A DNA stretch of 32,000 nt from Mycolicibacterium smegmatis (GTDB lineage Bacteria; Actinomycetota; Actinomycetes; Mycobacteriales; Mycobacteriaceae): the NCBI RefSeq assembly GCF_001457595.1, contig NZ_LN831039.1, forward strand, positions 2,760,001 through 2,792,000, written 5' to 3'. The position numbers were made by a program, and so were the translations under genes. The notes beneath the pieces were generated by a model that saw only the letters and a list, made by a program, of their open reading frames with translations, was not told the DNA's origin and searched no databases. Below are positions 1-9,919 of this stretch, in pieces; positions within the stretch are counted from its first letter, which is position 1, and the number at the start of each line of letters is the position of its first letter.

Positions 1-860
1 CAGCGTGCGATCTGGCGGACGTCGAGGACCGCGTCGCCGCGCTGTATCGCCTCCGGGTCGTCGGTCTCACGCACGCTGTGGTCGGACCGCAGGATCAGGT
101 TTGGCACCCCGACGTCGAGGCCGCGGTGCAACTGGGCCTGTCCGCGGCGGATCGCGTTGATCCACCCGAGCGTGATCGGGAACCCGCCCACCGGTTTCCA
201 GTCGAGGTTGTACTCGAACTCGCCGTGGTAGTCACGGTGCAGCGTGGTGCCGTAGCCACCCACGGTGGGTTTGCGGATCACCGTGTGCTTGCGCCACCGC
301 GCCAGCGCGCGCAGCGTCAGCGACGTCGGCGCGGTGCGCAGGATGCCCGGGCCGTGCAGGTCGAAGAACGGGCTGTTGAGCACCAGTCCGGTGATGTTGT
401 GCGTGGCCTGCCTGTTCCGCCGCCGCATCCGGTCGGCGAACAACGTGACGATCAGCCCGCCCGCGGAATGGCCGTACAGGCAGACCCGCGCGCCCGCGGT
501 GTCGTAGCCGATGATCGAGAGCGCCTGCTCCAGTTCGGCGTCGTACCGGGTCAGGTCCGTCGTGAAGTGCGGTGTCTGCCCGTCGCGGCGCGACCGGCCG
601 CACTTGTCGAGATCGAGCGCGTAGAACGCGAAGCCGTGCGCGGCGAACCGGTCGGCGAGCTCGGTGTTGAAGAAGTAGTCGGTATAACCGTGCAGTGCCA
701 GCACCGCGTGCTCGGCGCGGCCGGTGCTCTCCGGATCGCCGCGGCGCACCAGTGTCGCGAACAGATCGCCTTCACCGTCGGGATCCGGACCGAGGTCGAT
801 CGTGCGTTGCCAGAACCCCGGCAGTACATCCGGCTCCCATGAGGGTTCCCGTGACGTCAC
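1..860 (-). CDS. alpha/beta hydrolase (serine aminopeptidase/lysophospholipase-like), 3' end truncated by window edge
   Basis: Manual reverse-strand translation, not in the ORF track because it runs off the window: GTG start at 860, MTSREPSWEPDVLPGFWQRTIDLG...LALHGYTDYFFNTELADRFAAHGF...LYGHSAGGLIVTLFADRMRR; nucleophile-elbow GHSAGG. Confidence 0.85.
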   Translation of the reverse strand, partial: MTSREPSWEPDVLPGFWQRTIDLGPDPDGEGDLFATLVRRGDPESTGRAEHAVLALHGYTDYFFNTELADRFAAHGFAFYALDLDKCGRSRRDGQTPHFTTDLTRYDAELEQALSIIGYDTAGARVCLYGHSAGGLIVTLFADRMRRRNRQATHNITGLVLNSPFFDLHGPGILRTAPTSLTLRALARWRKHTVIRKPTVGGYGTTLHRDYHGEFEYNLDWKPVGGFPITLGWINAIRRGQAQLHRGLDVGVPNLILRSDHSVRETDDPEAIQRGDAVLDVRQIAR

Positions 861-1004
861 GCTCCCACAGTAGCGGCGCGGACCGCGCCGGGTTACCGCC
901 CAGTCGCAAACCTGCGTCCCAAACACCGTGGTAGGAGGGGTCGCGGGCGGGCATCGGTCGTGGAAGTGACCGATCGCACTCACGTGGCACCACCATGCTG
1001 GGCA

Positions 1005-1028
1005 ATCGCGTTATCGGCTCGCGATAAC
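1005..1028. promoter_or_regulatory. overlapping inverted repeats upstream of mqo (ATCGCG-N9-CGCGAT and GTTATCG-N5-CGATAAC)
   Basis: Read directly: ATCGCGTTATCGGCTCGCGATAAC in the divergent hydrolase/mqo intergenic region. Confidence 0.4.
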
Positions 1029-1110
1029 CTGAGCAGAGGAACTGCTGCTGAACCAGCCGACGGGATGTTCGGTTCATGGGCCACGCGACGAAGAAGGGCT
1101 AGCGATCAGG

Positions 1111-2643
1111 GTGTCTGAGGCAAACGCAGGTACGAACGCGAAGACTGACGTCGTGTTGGTGGGGGCCGGCATCATGAGCGCAACGCTGGGCACTCTCATC
1201 AAGCTGCTGGAGCCCAACTGGTCGATCACGATGATCGAGCGCCTCGACGGCGCCGCGGCCGAGAGCAGCGATCCGTGGAACAACGCGGGCACCGGGCACT
1301 CTGCGCTGTGCGAGCTCAACTACACGCCCGCGCTGCCCGACGGCACCATCGACATCAGCAAGGCCGTCAACGTCAACGAGCAGTTCCAGGTCTCGCGGCA
1401 GTTCTGGGCCCACGCCGTCGAGAACGGTGTACTGCCCGACGTCCGCAGCTTCCTCAACCCTGTGCCGCATGTGAGTTTTGTGTACGGCGCCGACAACGTG
1501 CAGTACCTCAAGGCGCGTTACAACGCCCTGGTCACCAACCCGCTGTTCGCGTCGATGGAGTTCATCGACGACAAGGACGAGTTCACGCGGCGCCTGCCGT
1601 TGATGGCGGAGAAGCGCGATTTCTCGGAACCGGTCGCGCTGAACTGGTCGCAGCACGGCACCGACGTCGACTTCGGATCGCTGTCGCGACAGCTGATCGG
1701 ATTCGCCGCGGGCAACGGCATGACCACCATGTTCGGTCACGACGTGCGCGACCTGAGCAAGAATTCCGACGGCAGCTGGACCGTGAAGGTGCGAAACCGC
1801 CGGACCGGCAACAACTTCAAGATCAACGCGAAGTTCGTCTTCGTCGGTGCGGGTGGCGGTGCGCTGCCGCTGCTGCAGAAGTCGGGTATCCCCGAGGCCA
1901 AGGGCTTCGGCGGGTTCCCGGTGGGTGGCGCCTTCCTGCGCACCAACAAGCAGCACCTCACCTCGCGTCACAACGCCAAGGTCTACGGCCTGCCGCCGCT
2001 GGGCGCACCGCCCATGTCGGTGCCGCACCTGGACACGCGCGTCATCAACGGCAGGCAGTGGCTGCTGTTCGGGCCGTTCGCGGGCTGGTCGCCAAAGTTC
2101 CTCAAGCAGGGCAAGGTCACCGACCTGCCGCTGTCGGTGAAGCCGAACAACCTCGCCTCGATGCTCGGCGTCGGTCTGACCGAGGTGGGTCTGCTCAAGT
2201 ACCTCATCGGACAGTTGCTGCTCAGCGAACCAGCACGCGTCGAGACGCTTCGTGAATTCGCCCCCAGCGCAGTCGATTCCGACTGGGAGCTGGACATCGC
2301 CGGGCAGCGCGTGCAGGTGATCCGGCGCAAGGGCGCCGGCGGCGTACTGGAGTTCGGCACCACGGTGCTCGCGGCGGCAGACGGCAGCATCGCAGGCCTG
2401 CTCGGCGCGTCGCCGGGTGCCTCCACCGCGGTGCCCGCGATGCTCGACGTGTTGCAGCGGTGCTTCGCCGACCGTTACCAGGCCTGGACGCCCAAGCTGA
2501 AGGAGATGGTGCCGTCGCTGGGCACCAAGCTGTCCGACGAGCCCAAACTCTTCGAGGAGGTGTGGTCGTGGGGCACCAAGGTGCTCAAGCTGGACGTGCA
2601 AGCGAATACAGCGGAAGCAGCCAACGCCCCGGCGACCGTGTGA
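1111..2643 (+). CDS. mqo: malate:quinone oxidoreductase
   Basis: 510 aa, [62 protein letters not shown]; N-terminal FAD-binding motif and Mqo-type signature; GTG start. Confidence 0.96.
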
Positions 2644-2656
2644 CGGCGGGAGACAC

Positions 2657-3130
2657 ATGACGGTGTCACTGCGCCGCAGCTGGGCCAAAGACCTCGATGC
2701 GCCAACGCTTTACGAGTTGCTCAAGCTGCGCGTCGAGGTGTTCGTCGTCGAACAGGCCACGCCGTACCCGGAACTGGACGGACGCGACCTGCTCGCCGAG
2801 ACCCGGCACTTCTGGCTTGAGGGGCCCGACGGCGAGGTGATCTCCACGCTGCGCCTCATGGAGGAGCATCCCGGCGGCGAGAAGGTGTTCCGTATCGGCC
2901 GGGTGTGCACCAAACGCAGCGCACGCGGCCAGGGGCACGTCGCGCGGTTGATGCAGGCCGCGCTGGCCGAGGTCGGGGACTACCCGTGCCACATCAACGC
3001 CCAGACGTATCTGGAGGACATGTACGGCAAGCACGGTTTCGTGCGTGACGGCGAGGAGTTCCTCGACGACGGCATCCCGCACATCCCGATGGTGCGCCCC
3101 GGAACCCGTGCCGAGGCCGAGCAACCGTGA
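2657..3130 (+). CDS. GNAT family N-acetyltransferase (ElaA-like)
   Basis: 157 aa, [21 protein letters not shown]...[24 protein letters not shown]...[23 protein letters not shown]. Confidence 0.9.
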   Translation: MTVSLRRSWAKDLDAPTLYELLKLRVEVFVVEQATPYPELDGRDLLAETRHFWLEGPDGEVISTLRLMEEHPGGEKVFRIGRVCTKRSARGQGHVARLMQAALAEVGDYPCHINAQTYLEDMYGKHGFVRDGEEFLDDGIPHIPMVRPGTRAEAEQP

Positions 3131-5010
3131 TCCAGCAGACGTATCCCCTGAGCGCGATCGTCGGGCAGGACCGGCTGAGGCTCGCGCTCGTGCTGTGTGC
3201 CGTGCGTCCCGAGATCGGCGGTGTGCTGATCCGCGGCGAGAAGGGCACCGCGAAATCCACTGCTGTGCGCGGACTTGCCGCTGTGCTCGCAGCCGTCGAC
3301 GAGGACGCGAAACTGGTCGAACTGCCCATCGGCGCCACCGAGGACCGTGTGGTCGGCTCGCTGGATCTGCAGAAGGTGCTGCGCGACGGCGAACACGCGT
3401 TCTCGCCGGGCCTGCTGGCCCGCGCGCACGGCGGCGTGCTGTACGTCGACGAGGTGAACCTGCTGCACGACCACCTGGTGGACGTTCTGCTCGACGCGGC
3501 CGCCATGGGACGCGTGCACGTCGAACGCGACGGCATCTCGCACTCGCACGAGGCGCGGTTCGTCCTGATCGGCACCATGAACCCCGAAGAGGGTGAACTG
3601 CGGCCCCAGCTGCTGGACCGGTTCGGCCTGACCGTCGACGTGACCGCGTCGCGCGACGTCGACGTCCGTGTCGAGGTGATCCGTGCCCGAATGGATTTCG
3701 AGGCCGACCCGGAGGGCTTCGTGCGCCGCCACGCCGAGGCCGACGCCGAGTTGTCGCGGCGCATCGCCGCGGCGCGGGACCTGGTCGACTCGGTGGTGTT
3801 GCCCGACACCGAGTTACGGCGCATCGCCGCGCTGTGTGCGGCGTTCGACGTGGACGGTATGCGCGCCGATCTGGTCGTGGCCCGTACCGCGGTCGCCCAC
3901 GCGGCATGGCGCGGGGCGGGCACCGTGTCCGAGGAGGACGTGCGGGTGGCCGCGGAGTTGGCGTTGCCGCACCGGCGCCGTCGCGATCCCTTCGACGATC
4001 CCGGACTGGACCCGGATCGCCTCGACGAGGCCATGCAGCAGGCGGGGGAGCAGGCCGAGGCCGGTCCGGAAAGCAACCCGGAAACCGACCCGGAAACCGA
4101 TCCGGACTTCGACCCCGATTTCGACCCACCCGGCGGCGGTGCCACCACCGATTCGGATGCCGCTGCGCCGCAGGGTAAGCCGAAAAGCTCCTCGACACGG
4201 CAGAGCGCGCCGCCTGCGGCAACCTTCCGCACAAGGGCGCTCGTGGTGCCCGGGATCGGTGAGGGTGCGCCCGGCAAGCGCTCGCGTGCGCGCAACCGCA
4301 CGGGCAAGCCCATCGCCGCGACGGCAGAACCGGGCGAGGGCCACGGTGTGCACGTGTTCGGCACGCTGCTCGCCACCGCCGGGCGCCAGCGGGAACCGGG
4401 ACGGCCGCGACCGGTGCCAGAGGACATCCGGCGCGCGGTGCGCGAAGGACGTGAGGGCAACCTGGTGATCTTCGTCGTCGACGCATCGGGGTCGATGGCC
4501 GCGCGCGACCGCATGTCCGCGGTCAGCGGGGCTGCGATGTCGCTGCTGCGCGACGCCTATCAGCGTCGCGACAAGGTCGCGGTGATCACCTTCCGCGGGC
4601 AGGACGCCCGCGTGCTGCTGCCGCCGACGTCGTCGGTGTACATCGCGAGCCGTCGGCTCGCGCGGTTCGACACCGGCGGGAAAACCCCGCTGGCGCAGGG
4701 ACTCCTGGCCGCCCGTGACGTGGTGATCCGGGAGAAGGCCCGTGACCGGGCACGCCGCAGCCTGGTGGTGGTGCTCACCGACGGCCGTGCGACCGGGGGC
4801 CCGGACCCGCTGCAGCGCGCCAGGCGGGCCGCCGCCGCGCTGGTCGCCGAGGGCACGGCCGCCGTGGTCGTCGACTGCGAAACCTCGTTCGTGCGGCTGG
4901 GTTTGGCGCAGGAACTGGCCACGCAGCTGGGCGGTGAGGCCGTACGGCTGGAGCAGCTGCGGGCAGACGAGTTGACCCGGCTGGTCAAGACCAGGTCAGA
5001 CGCGGCGTAG
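3127..5010 (+). CDS. fused magnesium-chelatase-type ChlI/ChlD protein (AAA+ ATPase + acidic linker + VWA domain)
   Basis: 627 aa, [16 protein letters not shown] (Walker A), [41 protein letters not shown] (MIDAS); acidic/Pro-rich linker [19 protein letters not shown]; 4-nt GTGA overlap with the upstream gene. Confidence 0.93.
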   Translation: MIQQTYPLSAIVGQDRLRLALVLCAVRPEIGGVLIRGEKGTAKSTAVRGLAAVLAAVDEDAKLVELPIGATEDRVVGSLDLQKVLRDGEHAFSPGLLARAHGGVLYVDEVNLLHDHLVDVLLDAAAMGRVHVERDGISHSHEARFVLIGTMNPEEGELRPQLLDRFGLTVDVTASRDVDVRVEVIRARMDFEADPEGFVRRHAEADAELSRRIAAARDLVDSVVLPDTELRRIAALCAAFDVDGMRADLVVARTAVAHAAWRGAGTVSEEDVRVAAELALPHRRRRDPFDDPGLDPDRLDEAMQQAGEQAEAGPESNPETDPETDPDFDPDFDPPGGGATTDSDAAAPQGKPKSSSTRQSAPPAATFRTRALVVPGIGEGAPGKRSRARNRTGKPIAATAEPGEGHGVHVFGTLLATAGRQREPGRPRPVPEDIRRAVREGREGNLVIFVVDASGSMAARDRMSAVSGAAMSLLRDAYQRRDKVAVITFRGQDARVLLPPTSSVYIASRRLARFDTGGKTPLAQGLLAARDVVIREKARDRARRSLVVVLTDGRATGGPDPLQRARRAAAALVAEGTAAVVVDCETSFVRLGLAQELATQLGGEAVRLEQLRADELTRLVKTRSDAA

Positions 5011-5022
5011 AGAGGACGGCAC

Positions 5023-5637
5023 ATGCCCCAGGGACAGCCACTCGTGGTTCCCGACGACGGCCTGACCACGCGCGCCCGGCGCAACGCCCCGGTGCTCGCG
5101 GTGCACACCGGGCCCGGTAAGGGAAAGTCCACCGCGGCGTTCGGGATGGCGTTGCGCGCCTGGAACCAGGGTTTTCGTGTCGCGGTGTTCCAGTTCGTCA
5201 AGAGCGCGAAGTGGAAGGTCGGCGAGGAGGCGGTGTTCCGCGAACTCGGCAGGCTCCACGACGAGCACGGCGCAGGCGGGCCGGTCGAATGGCACAAGAT
5301 GGGCTCCGGCTGGTCGTGGACCCGCAAACACGGCAGCGACGACGACCACGCCGCCGCGGCCGCCGACGGCTGGGCCGAGATCAAACGACGACTCGCCGCC
5401 GAGCAGCATGATTTCTACGTCCTCGACGAGTTCACCTATCCGCTCAAGTGGGGCTGGGTCGACGTCGACGACGTGGTTTCCACGCTCACGGAGCGGCCGG
5501 GCAGGCAGCATGTCGTGATCACCGGCCGTGACGCGCCGCAGGCACTGATCGACGCGGCTGATCTGGTCACCGAGATGACCAAGATCAAGCATCCGATGGA
5601 CGTGGGGCGCAAGGGCCAGAAGGGCATCGAATGGTAG
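5023..5637 (+). CDS. cobO: cob(I)yrinic acid a,c-diamide adenosyltransferase
   Basis: 204 aa, VLAVHTGPGKGKSTAAFGMALRAWNQGFRVAVFQFVKSAKWKVGEE...NDFYVLDEFTYPL-type CobO/BtuR signatures. Confidence 0.95.
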   Translation: MPQGQPLVVPDDGLTTRARRNAPVLAVHTGPGKGKSTAAFGMALRAWNQGFRVAVFQFVKSAKWKVGEEAVFRELGRLHDEHGAGGPVEWHKMGSGWSWTRKHGSDDDHAAAAADGWAEIKRRLAAEQHDFYVLDEFTYPLKWGWVDVDDVVSTLTERPGRQHVVITGRDAPQALIDAADLVTEMTKIKHPMDVGRKGQKGIEW

Positions 5638-5683
5638 GCCCCGCGTGGTAGGCCCAGCATGGTAGGCCCAGCATGGTAGGCAC
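5632..5683 (+). repeat. 14-bp tandem repeat TGGTAGGCCC(C/A)GC(G/A), three units plus a partial fourth, across the cobO stop / cobB start
   Basis: Units at 5632-5645 TGGTAGGCCCCGCG, 5646-5659 TGGTAGGCCCAGCA, 5660-5673 TGGTAGGCCCAGCA, partial 5674 TGGTAGGCACC. Confidence 0.95.
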
Positions 5684-7049
5684 CACCCCGGCGGTGGTGA
5701 TCGCCGCTCCCGCCTCGGGCAGCGGCAAGACCACGGTGAGCACAGGCCTCATCGGCGCGTTACGCGCCGCCGGGCACACCGTGGCGCCGTTCAAGGTGGG
5801 TCCCGATTTCATCGACCCCGGCTACCACGCGGTGGCCGCGGGCCGGCCCGGGCGCAACCTCGATCCGGTGCTCGTCGGTGAGGACCTGATCGGCCCGTTG
5901 TACGCGCACGGCAGTGCCGGCGCCGACATCGCGGTGGTCGAGGGTGTCATGGGTCTGTTCGACGGGCGCATCTGCGACCAGATGACCGGCACACCGCAGG
6001 GATCTGCCGCCCAGGTGGCGAGTCTGCTGGGCGCACCGGTGATTCTCGTCGTCGATGCGCGGGGGCAGAGCCAGAGCATCGCGGCGCTGCTGCACGGCTT
6101 CACCACGTTCGACTCGGCCGTGCATGTCGCGGGCGTCATCCTCAACCGGGTCGGGTCGCCGCGCCACGAGGCCGTGCTGCGGCAGGCATGCGAGCACGCC
6201 GGTGTCGCGGTGCTCGGGGCGATCCCGCGTGCCGACGAATTGAGCGTTCCCTCAAGGCATCTCGGTCTCATCACCGCTGTCGAACACGGCAGGCAGGCCC
6301 GCGACGCGGTGGCTGCGATGACCGAACTGGTGGGCCGACATGTCGACCTCGCGGCCGTGATGGCCTGTGCGAGTGCCCGGGTGAGCGCGCAGCCGTGGAG
6401 TCCGTGCGTCGAAACCTCGTTCCCGGTCGCAGATGTCGCCGGCGTCACGGTCGCGCTCGCGTCCGGCAAGGCGTTCAGTTTCGGCTACGCCGAGCACGCC
6501 GAACTCCTGCGCGGTACGGGCGCGACCGTCGCCGAGTTCGACCCACTGGTCGACCCGTTGCCCGACGGCGCCGACGCGCTCGTGCTGCCCGGCGGCTTCC
6601 CGGAACAGTTCACCGCCGAACTGTCGGCCAATGACCTTGTGCGCCAGCAGATCCGCGAGCTCGCCGAACGCGGCGCACCGATCCACGCCGAGTGCGCGGG
6701 CCTGACGTATCTGGTCGACGACCTCGACGGCGCGCCGATGTGCGGTGTGCTGCGCGGATCGGCGAAGTTCACCGAACGGCTCACGCTGGGCTACCGCGAC
6801 GCGGTCGCCGTGGTGGACTCGTCGATGCACGCCGCGGGGGAGCGGGTAGTCGGCCATGAATTCCACCGCACCGCAGTCACATTCGACGACGATCTGCCGC
6901 CGGCGTGGGCCTTCGCGGGCCGCGGTGGCGCCCCGGCGCGCGACGGTGCGGTGTTGCGTGGTGTGCACGCGGGTTACCTGCACACCCATCCCGCGGCGCA
7001 CCCGCAGGCGATCGCCCGGTTCGTGGCGTCGGCGGTGCCGACCAATTGA
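5673..7049 (+). CDS. cobB: cobyrinic acid a,c-diamide synthase (glutamine-hydrolysing, CobB/CbiA)
   Basis: 458 aa, VVIAAPASGSGKTTVSTGLIGALRAAGHTVAPFKVGPDFIDPGYH; C-terminal GATase-like ALVLPGGFPEQF...HAECAGLTYL. Confidence 0.95.
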   Translation: MVGTTPAVVIAAPASGSGKTTVSTGLIGALRAAGHTVAPFKVGPDFIDPGYHAVAAGRPGRNLDPVLVGEDLIGPLYAHGSAGADIAVVEGVMGLFDGRICDQMTGTPQGSAAQVASLLGAPVILVVDARGQSQSIAALLHGFTTFDSAVHVAGVILNRVGSPRHEAVLRQACEHAGVAVLGAIPRADELSVPSRHLGLITAVEHGRQARDAVAAMTELVGRHVDLAAVMACASARVSAQPWSPCVETSFPVADVAGVTVALASGKAFSFGYAEHAELLRGTGATVAEFDPLVDPLPDGADALVLPGGFPEQFTAELSANDLVRQQIRELAERGAPIHAECAGLTYLVDDLDGAPMCGVLRGSAKFTERLTLGYRDAVAVVDSSMHAAGERVVGHEFHRTAVTFDDDLPPAWAFAGRGGAPARDGAVLRGVHAGYLHTHPAAHPQAIARFVASAVPTN

Positions 7050-7114
7050 GCACAGCGGCAGCCACTCAGCGAACCACCGGACAACGCGCGGACGGCACGA
7101 ACTAAGCTCGGCGG

Positions 7115-8323
7115 GTGACCGAAGATGCCTACCTCGTCGGCCTGCGCCTGTCGGGCAAGAAGGTCGTCGTTGTCGGCGGCGGAACCGTCGCGCAGCGCCG
7201 GCTGCCCCTGCTGCTCGCCAACGGCGCCGACGTCCACGTCATCACCCGCGCCGCGACCCCGGTTGTGGAAGCCCTGCAGAAGGACGATCCGGGGATCACG
7301 CTGGAGCTGCGCGACTTCCGGCCCGGTGACCTCGAAGGCGCCTGGTATGTGATCGCCGCAACCGACGATCCCGTCGTCAACGCCGCGATCGCGGCCGAGG
7401 CCGACGAGCGGCGGATCTTCTGCGTGCGCGCCGACATCGCGCGCGAAGGCTCGGCGGTGACCCCCGCGACGTTCGAGCACGACGGACTCTCCGTTGGCGT
7501 GCTCGCCGGCGGCGAGCACCGCCGCTCGGCCGCGATCCGCTCGGCCATCCACGAGGCGCTGCAGCAAGGCCTCGTCACCGAGGACATGCCCGGCGAGCTC
7601 ACGAGCGGCGTGGCCCTGGTCGGCGGTGGGCCGGGCGACCCGGAGCTCATCACCGTCCGCGGCAGGCGGTTGCTGGCGCGCGCCGACGTGGTCGTGGCCG
7701 ACCGGCTGGCACCGCAGGAACTGCTGGCCGAACTCGGCCCGCACGTCGAGGTGATCGACGCCGCGAAGATCCCGTACGGCCGCGCGATGGCGCAGGAGGC
7801 CATCAACGCGGTGCTGATCGAACGGGCCAGGGCGGGCAAGTTCGTCGTGCGCCTCAAGGGCGGCGATCCGTTCGTGTTCGCGCGCGGCTACGAAGAGGTG
7901 CTCGCGTGCAGTGAGGCCGGGATTCCCGTGACCGTCGTGCCGGGTGTGACGAGTGCCATAGCGGTTCCGGCTCTGGCGGGTGTCCCGGTGACGCATCGGG
8001 GTATGACGCACGAGTTCGTGGTGGTCAGCGGCCATGTTGCGCCAGGGCACCCCGAATCGTTAGTGAATTGGGATGCACTCGCAGCGATGCGCGGCACGAT
8101 CGTGTTGCTGATGGCCGTCGAGCGCATCGAGCAGTTCGCCAAGGTCCTCCTCGAAGGCGGACGACCTGCGGATACGCCGGTTCTGGTGGTGCAGCACGGA
8201 ACCACCATGGCGCAGCGCACTTTGCATGCGACGCTCGCCGACGCGCCAGAGCGCATCCGTTCGGAGGGCATCCGACCTCCCGCGATCATCGTGATCGGCC
8301 CCGTGGCGGGCTTTGCCGGTTAA
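7115..8323 (+). CDS. cysG: siroheme synthase-type bifunctional protein: precorrin-2 dehydrogenase/ferrochelatase + uroporphyrinogen-III C-methyltransferase
   Basis: 402 aa, N-terminal GLRLSGKKVVVVGGGTVAQRRLPLLLANGADVHVI; C-terminal ALVGGGPGDPELITVRGRRLLARADVVVADRL...VVRLKGGDPFVFARGYEEVLAC...VVPGVTSAIAVPALAGVPVTHRG (SUMT signatures). Confidence 0.94.
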   Translation: MTEDAYLVGLRLSGKKVVVVGGGTVAQRRLPLLLANGADVHVITRAATPVVEALQKDDPGITLELRDFRPGDLEGAWYVIAATDDPVVNAAIAAEADERRIFCVRADIAREGSAVTPATFEHDGLSVGVLAGGEHRRSAAIRSAIHEALQQGLVTEDMPGELTSGVALVGGGPGDPELITVRGRRLLARADVVVADRLAPQELLAELGPHVEVIDAAKIPYGRAMAQEAINAVLIERARAGKFVVRLKGGDPFVFARGYEEVLACSEAGIPVTVVPGVTSAIAVPALAGVPVTHRGMTHEFVVVSGHVAPGHPESLVNWDALAAMRGTIVLLMAVERIEQFAKVLLEGGRPADTPVLVVQHGTTMAQRTLHATLADAPERIRSEGIRPPAIIVIGPVAGFAG

Positions 8324-8339
8324 GGATTCTTAAGATTCC
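8324..8339. promoter_or_regulatory. near-palindrome GGATTCTTAAGATTCC directly upstream of efpA; may overlap an extended -10 (TAAGAT)
   Basis: 14/16 positions symmetric; begins immediately after the cysG stop; followed at 8338-8353 by a second inverted repeat CCGGT-N6-ACCGG. Confidence 0.4.
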
Positions 8340-8355
8340 GGTAAGGTGACCGGTT

Positions 8356-9903
8356 ATGACGGCTCTCAACGACGCAGAGCGCGCAGCCGCCCGTGTGGGC
8401 CTGGCAGCCCGACTCCCGTCCTGGTTCCCGTCCTGGGGATTCCTTTCGGCGGTGATCGCCATCGGCGGCATGCAGTTGCTCGCCACCATGGACAGCACGG
8501 TCGCAATCGTCGCGTTGCCCAAGATCCAGGACGAGCTGAGCCTTTCCGACGCCGGGCGCAGCTGGGTCATCACGGCGTATGTACTGACCTTCGGCGGCCT
8601 CATGTTGCTGGGCGGGCGCCTCGGCGACACGATCGGCCGCAAGCGGACGTTCATCGTCGGCGTGACGTTGTTCACCATCGCCTCGGTCCTGTGCGGAATC
8701 GCCTGGAACGAGACCACGTTGGTGACCGCACGGCTGCTGCAGGGCGTCGGCGCCGCGATCGCCTCGCCCACCGGCCTCGCGCTCGTCGCGACGACGTTCC
8801 CCAAGGGACCCGCCCGTAACGCCGCCACCGCGGTGTTCGGCGCGATGACGGCCATCGGCTCGGTCATGGGCCTGGTGGTCGGCGGCGCACTGACCGAGGT
8901 GTCGTGGCGGTGGGCCTTCCTGGTGAACGTGCCCATCGGCCTGGTCATGGTCTACCTGGCGCGCACGGCACTGCAGGAGACCAACCGCGAGCGCATGAAG
9001 CTCGACGCGGCCGGCGCGCTACTGGCCACACTCGCGTGCACCGCCGCGGTGTTCGCGTTCACGCAGGGCCCCGAAAGCGGTTGGCTCGCCCCGATCACGC
9101 TGGCGTCCGGCGCGGCCGCGCTGGTCTTCGGCCTCGCGTTCCTGATCGCCGAACGCAACGCCGAGAACCCCGTCGTCCCGTTCGCGCTGTTCCGCGAACG
9201 CAACCGGGTCGCCACGTTCGCCGCGATCTTCCTGGCCGGCGGTGTGCTGTTCACCCTCACCGTGCTGATCGGCCTCTACGTGCAGGACATCCTCGGCTAC
9301 AGCGCGCTGCGCGCCGGTGTCGGATTCATCCCGTTCGTGATCGGCATGGGCATCGGCCTCGGCGCGGCCTCGCAACTCGTGCGGTCCATCCCGCCGCGCG
9401 TGCTGGTGATCGCGGGCGGAATCCTGGTGCTGGGCGCCATGATCTACGGTTCGACACTGCACCGCGGCATCCCGTACTTCCCGAACCTGGTGCTGCCCAT
9501 CACGATCGGCGGTATCGGCATCGGCACGATCGTGGTGCCGCTGACGCTGTCGGCCATCGCGGGGGTGAACCTGGACCGCATCGGTCCCGCATCGGCCATC
9601 GCGCTGATGCTGCAGAACCTCGGCGGACCGCTGGTGCTCGCGGTCATCCAGGCCGTCATAACGTCGCGCACCTTGTTCCTGGGCGGCACCACCGGTCCCG
9701 TCAAGGCCATGAACGACGAGCAGATCGGTGCACTGGACGCCGCCTACACCTACGGCCTGCTGTGGGTCGCCGCGGTGGCCGTCCTGGTGGGCGCCGCCGC
9801 ACTGTTCATCGGATACACCTCGCAACAGGTGGCCCACGCGCAGGACGTCAAGGACGCGATGGACGCCGGCGAGATCGAGGTCGACCAGCCTCCGATCGGC
9901 TGA
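8356..9903 (+). CDS. efpA: MFS drug efflux transporter, EfpA/QacA-like (14-TM type)
   Basis: 515 aa, LLATMDSTVAIVALPKIQDELSLSDAGRSWVITAYVLTFGGLMLLGGRLGDTIGRKRTFIVG; position between cysG and proS matches the M. tuberculosis efpA neighbourhood (recall). Confidence 0.93.
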   Translation: MTALNDAERAAARVGLAARLPSWFPSWGFLSAVIAIGGMQLLATMDSTVAIVALPKIQDELSLSDAGRSWVITAYVLTFGGLMLLGGRLGDTIGRKRTFIVGVTLFTIASVLCGIAWNETTLVTARLLQGVGAAIASPTGLALVATTFPKGPARNAATAVFGAMTAIGSVMGLVVGGALTEVSWRWAFLVNVPIGLVMVYLARTALQETNRERMKLDAAGALLATLACTAAVFAFTQGPESGWLAPITLASGAAALVFGLAFLIAERNAENPVVPFALFRERNRVATFAAIFLAGGVLFTLTVLIGLYVQDILGYSALRAGVGFIPFVIGMGIGLGAASQLVRSIPPRVLVIAGGILVLGAMIYGSTLHRGIPYFPNLVLPITIGGIGIGTIVVPLTLSAIAGVNLDRIGPASAIALMLQNLGGPLVLAVIQAVITSRTLFLGGTTGPVKAMNDEQIGALDAAYTYGLLWVAAVAVLVGAAALFIGYTSQQVAHAQDVKDAMDAGEIEVDQPPIG

Positions 9904-9919
9904 CGGGTCTTTACCGACG

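Noticed and set aside
1099-2688. 529-aa ORF antisense to mqo
   Set aside because: Fully overlaps the strongly supported mqo coding sequence; no domain signatures.
4065-4135. Short tandem-like repeats (GAAACCGACCCGGAAACCGATCCG...) considered as a possible repeat element
   Set aside because: They are explained by the acidic [14 protein letters not shown] linker of the ChlI/ChlD protein; no evidence of a mobile or CRISPR-like element.
2666-4486. 606-aa ORF antisense to the GNAT and ChlI/D genes (and 2994..4514 -)
   Set aside because: Arg/Pro-rich shadow ORF; the forward frame contains Walker A and MIDAS motifs.
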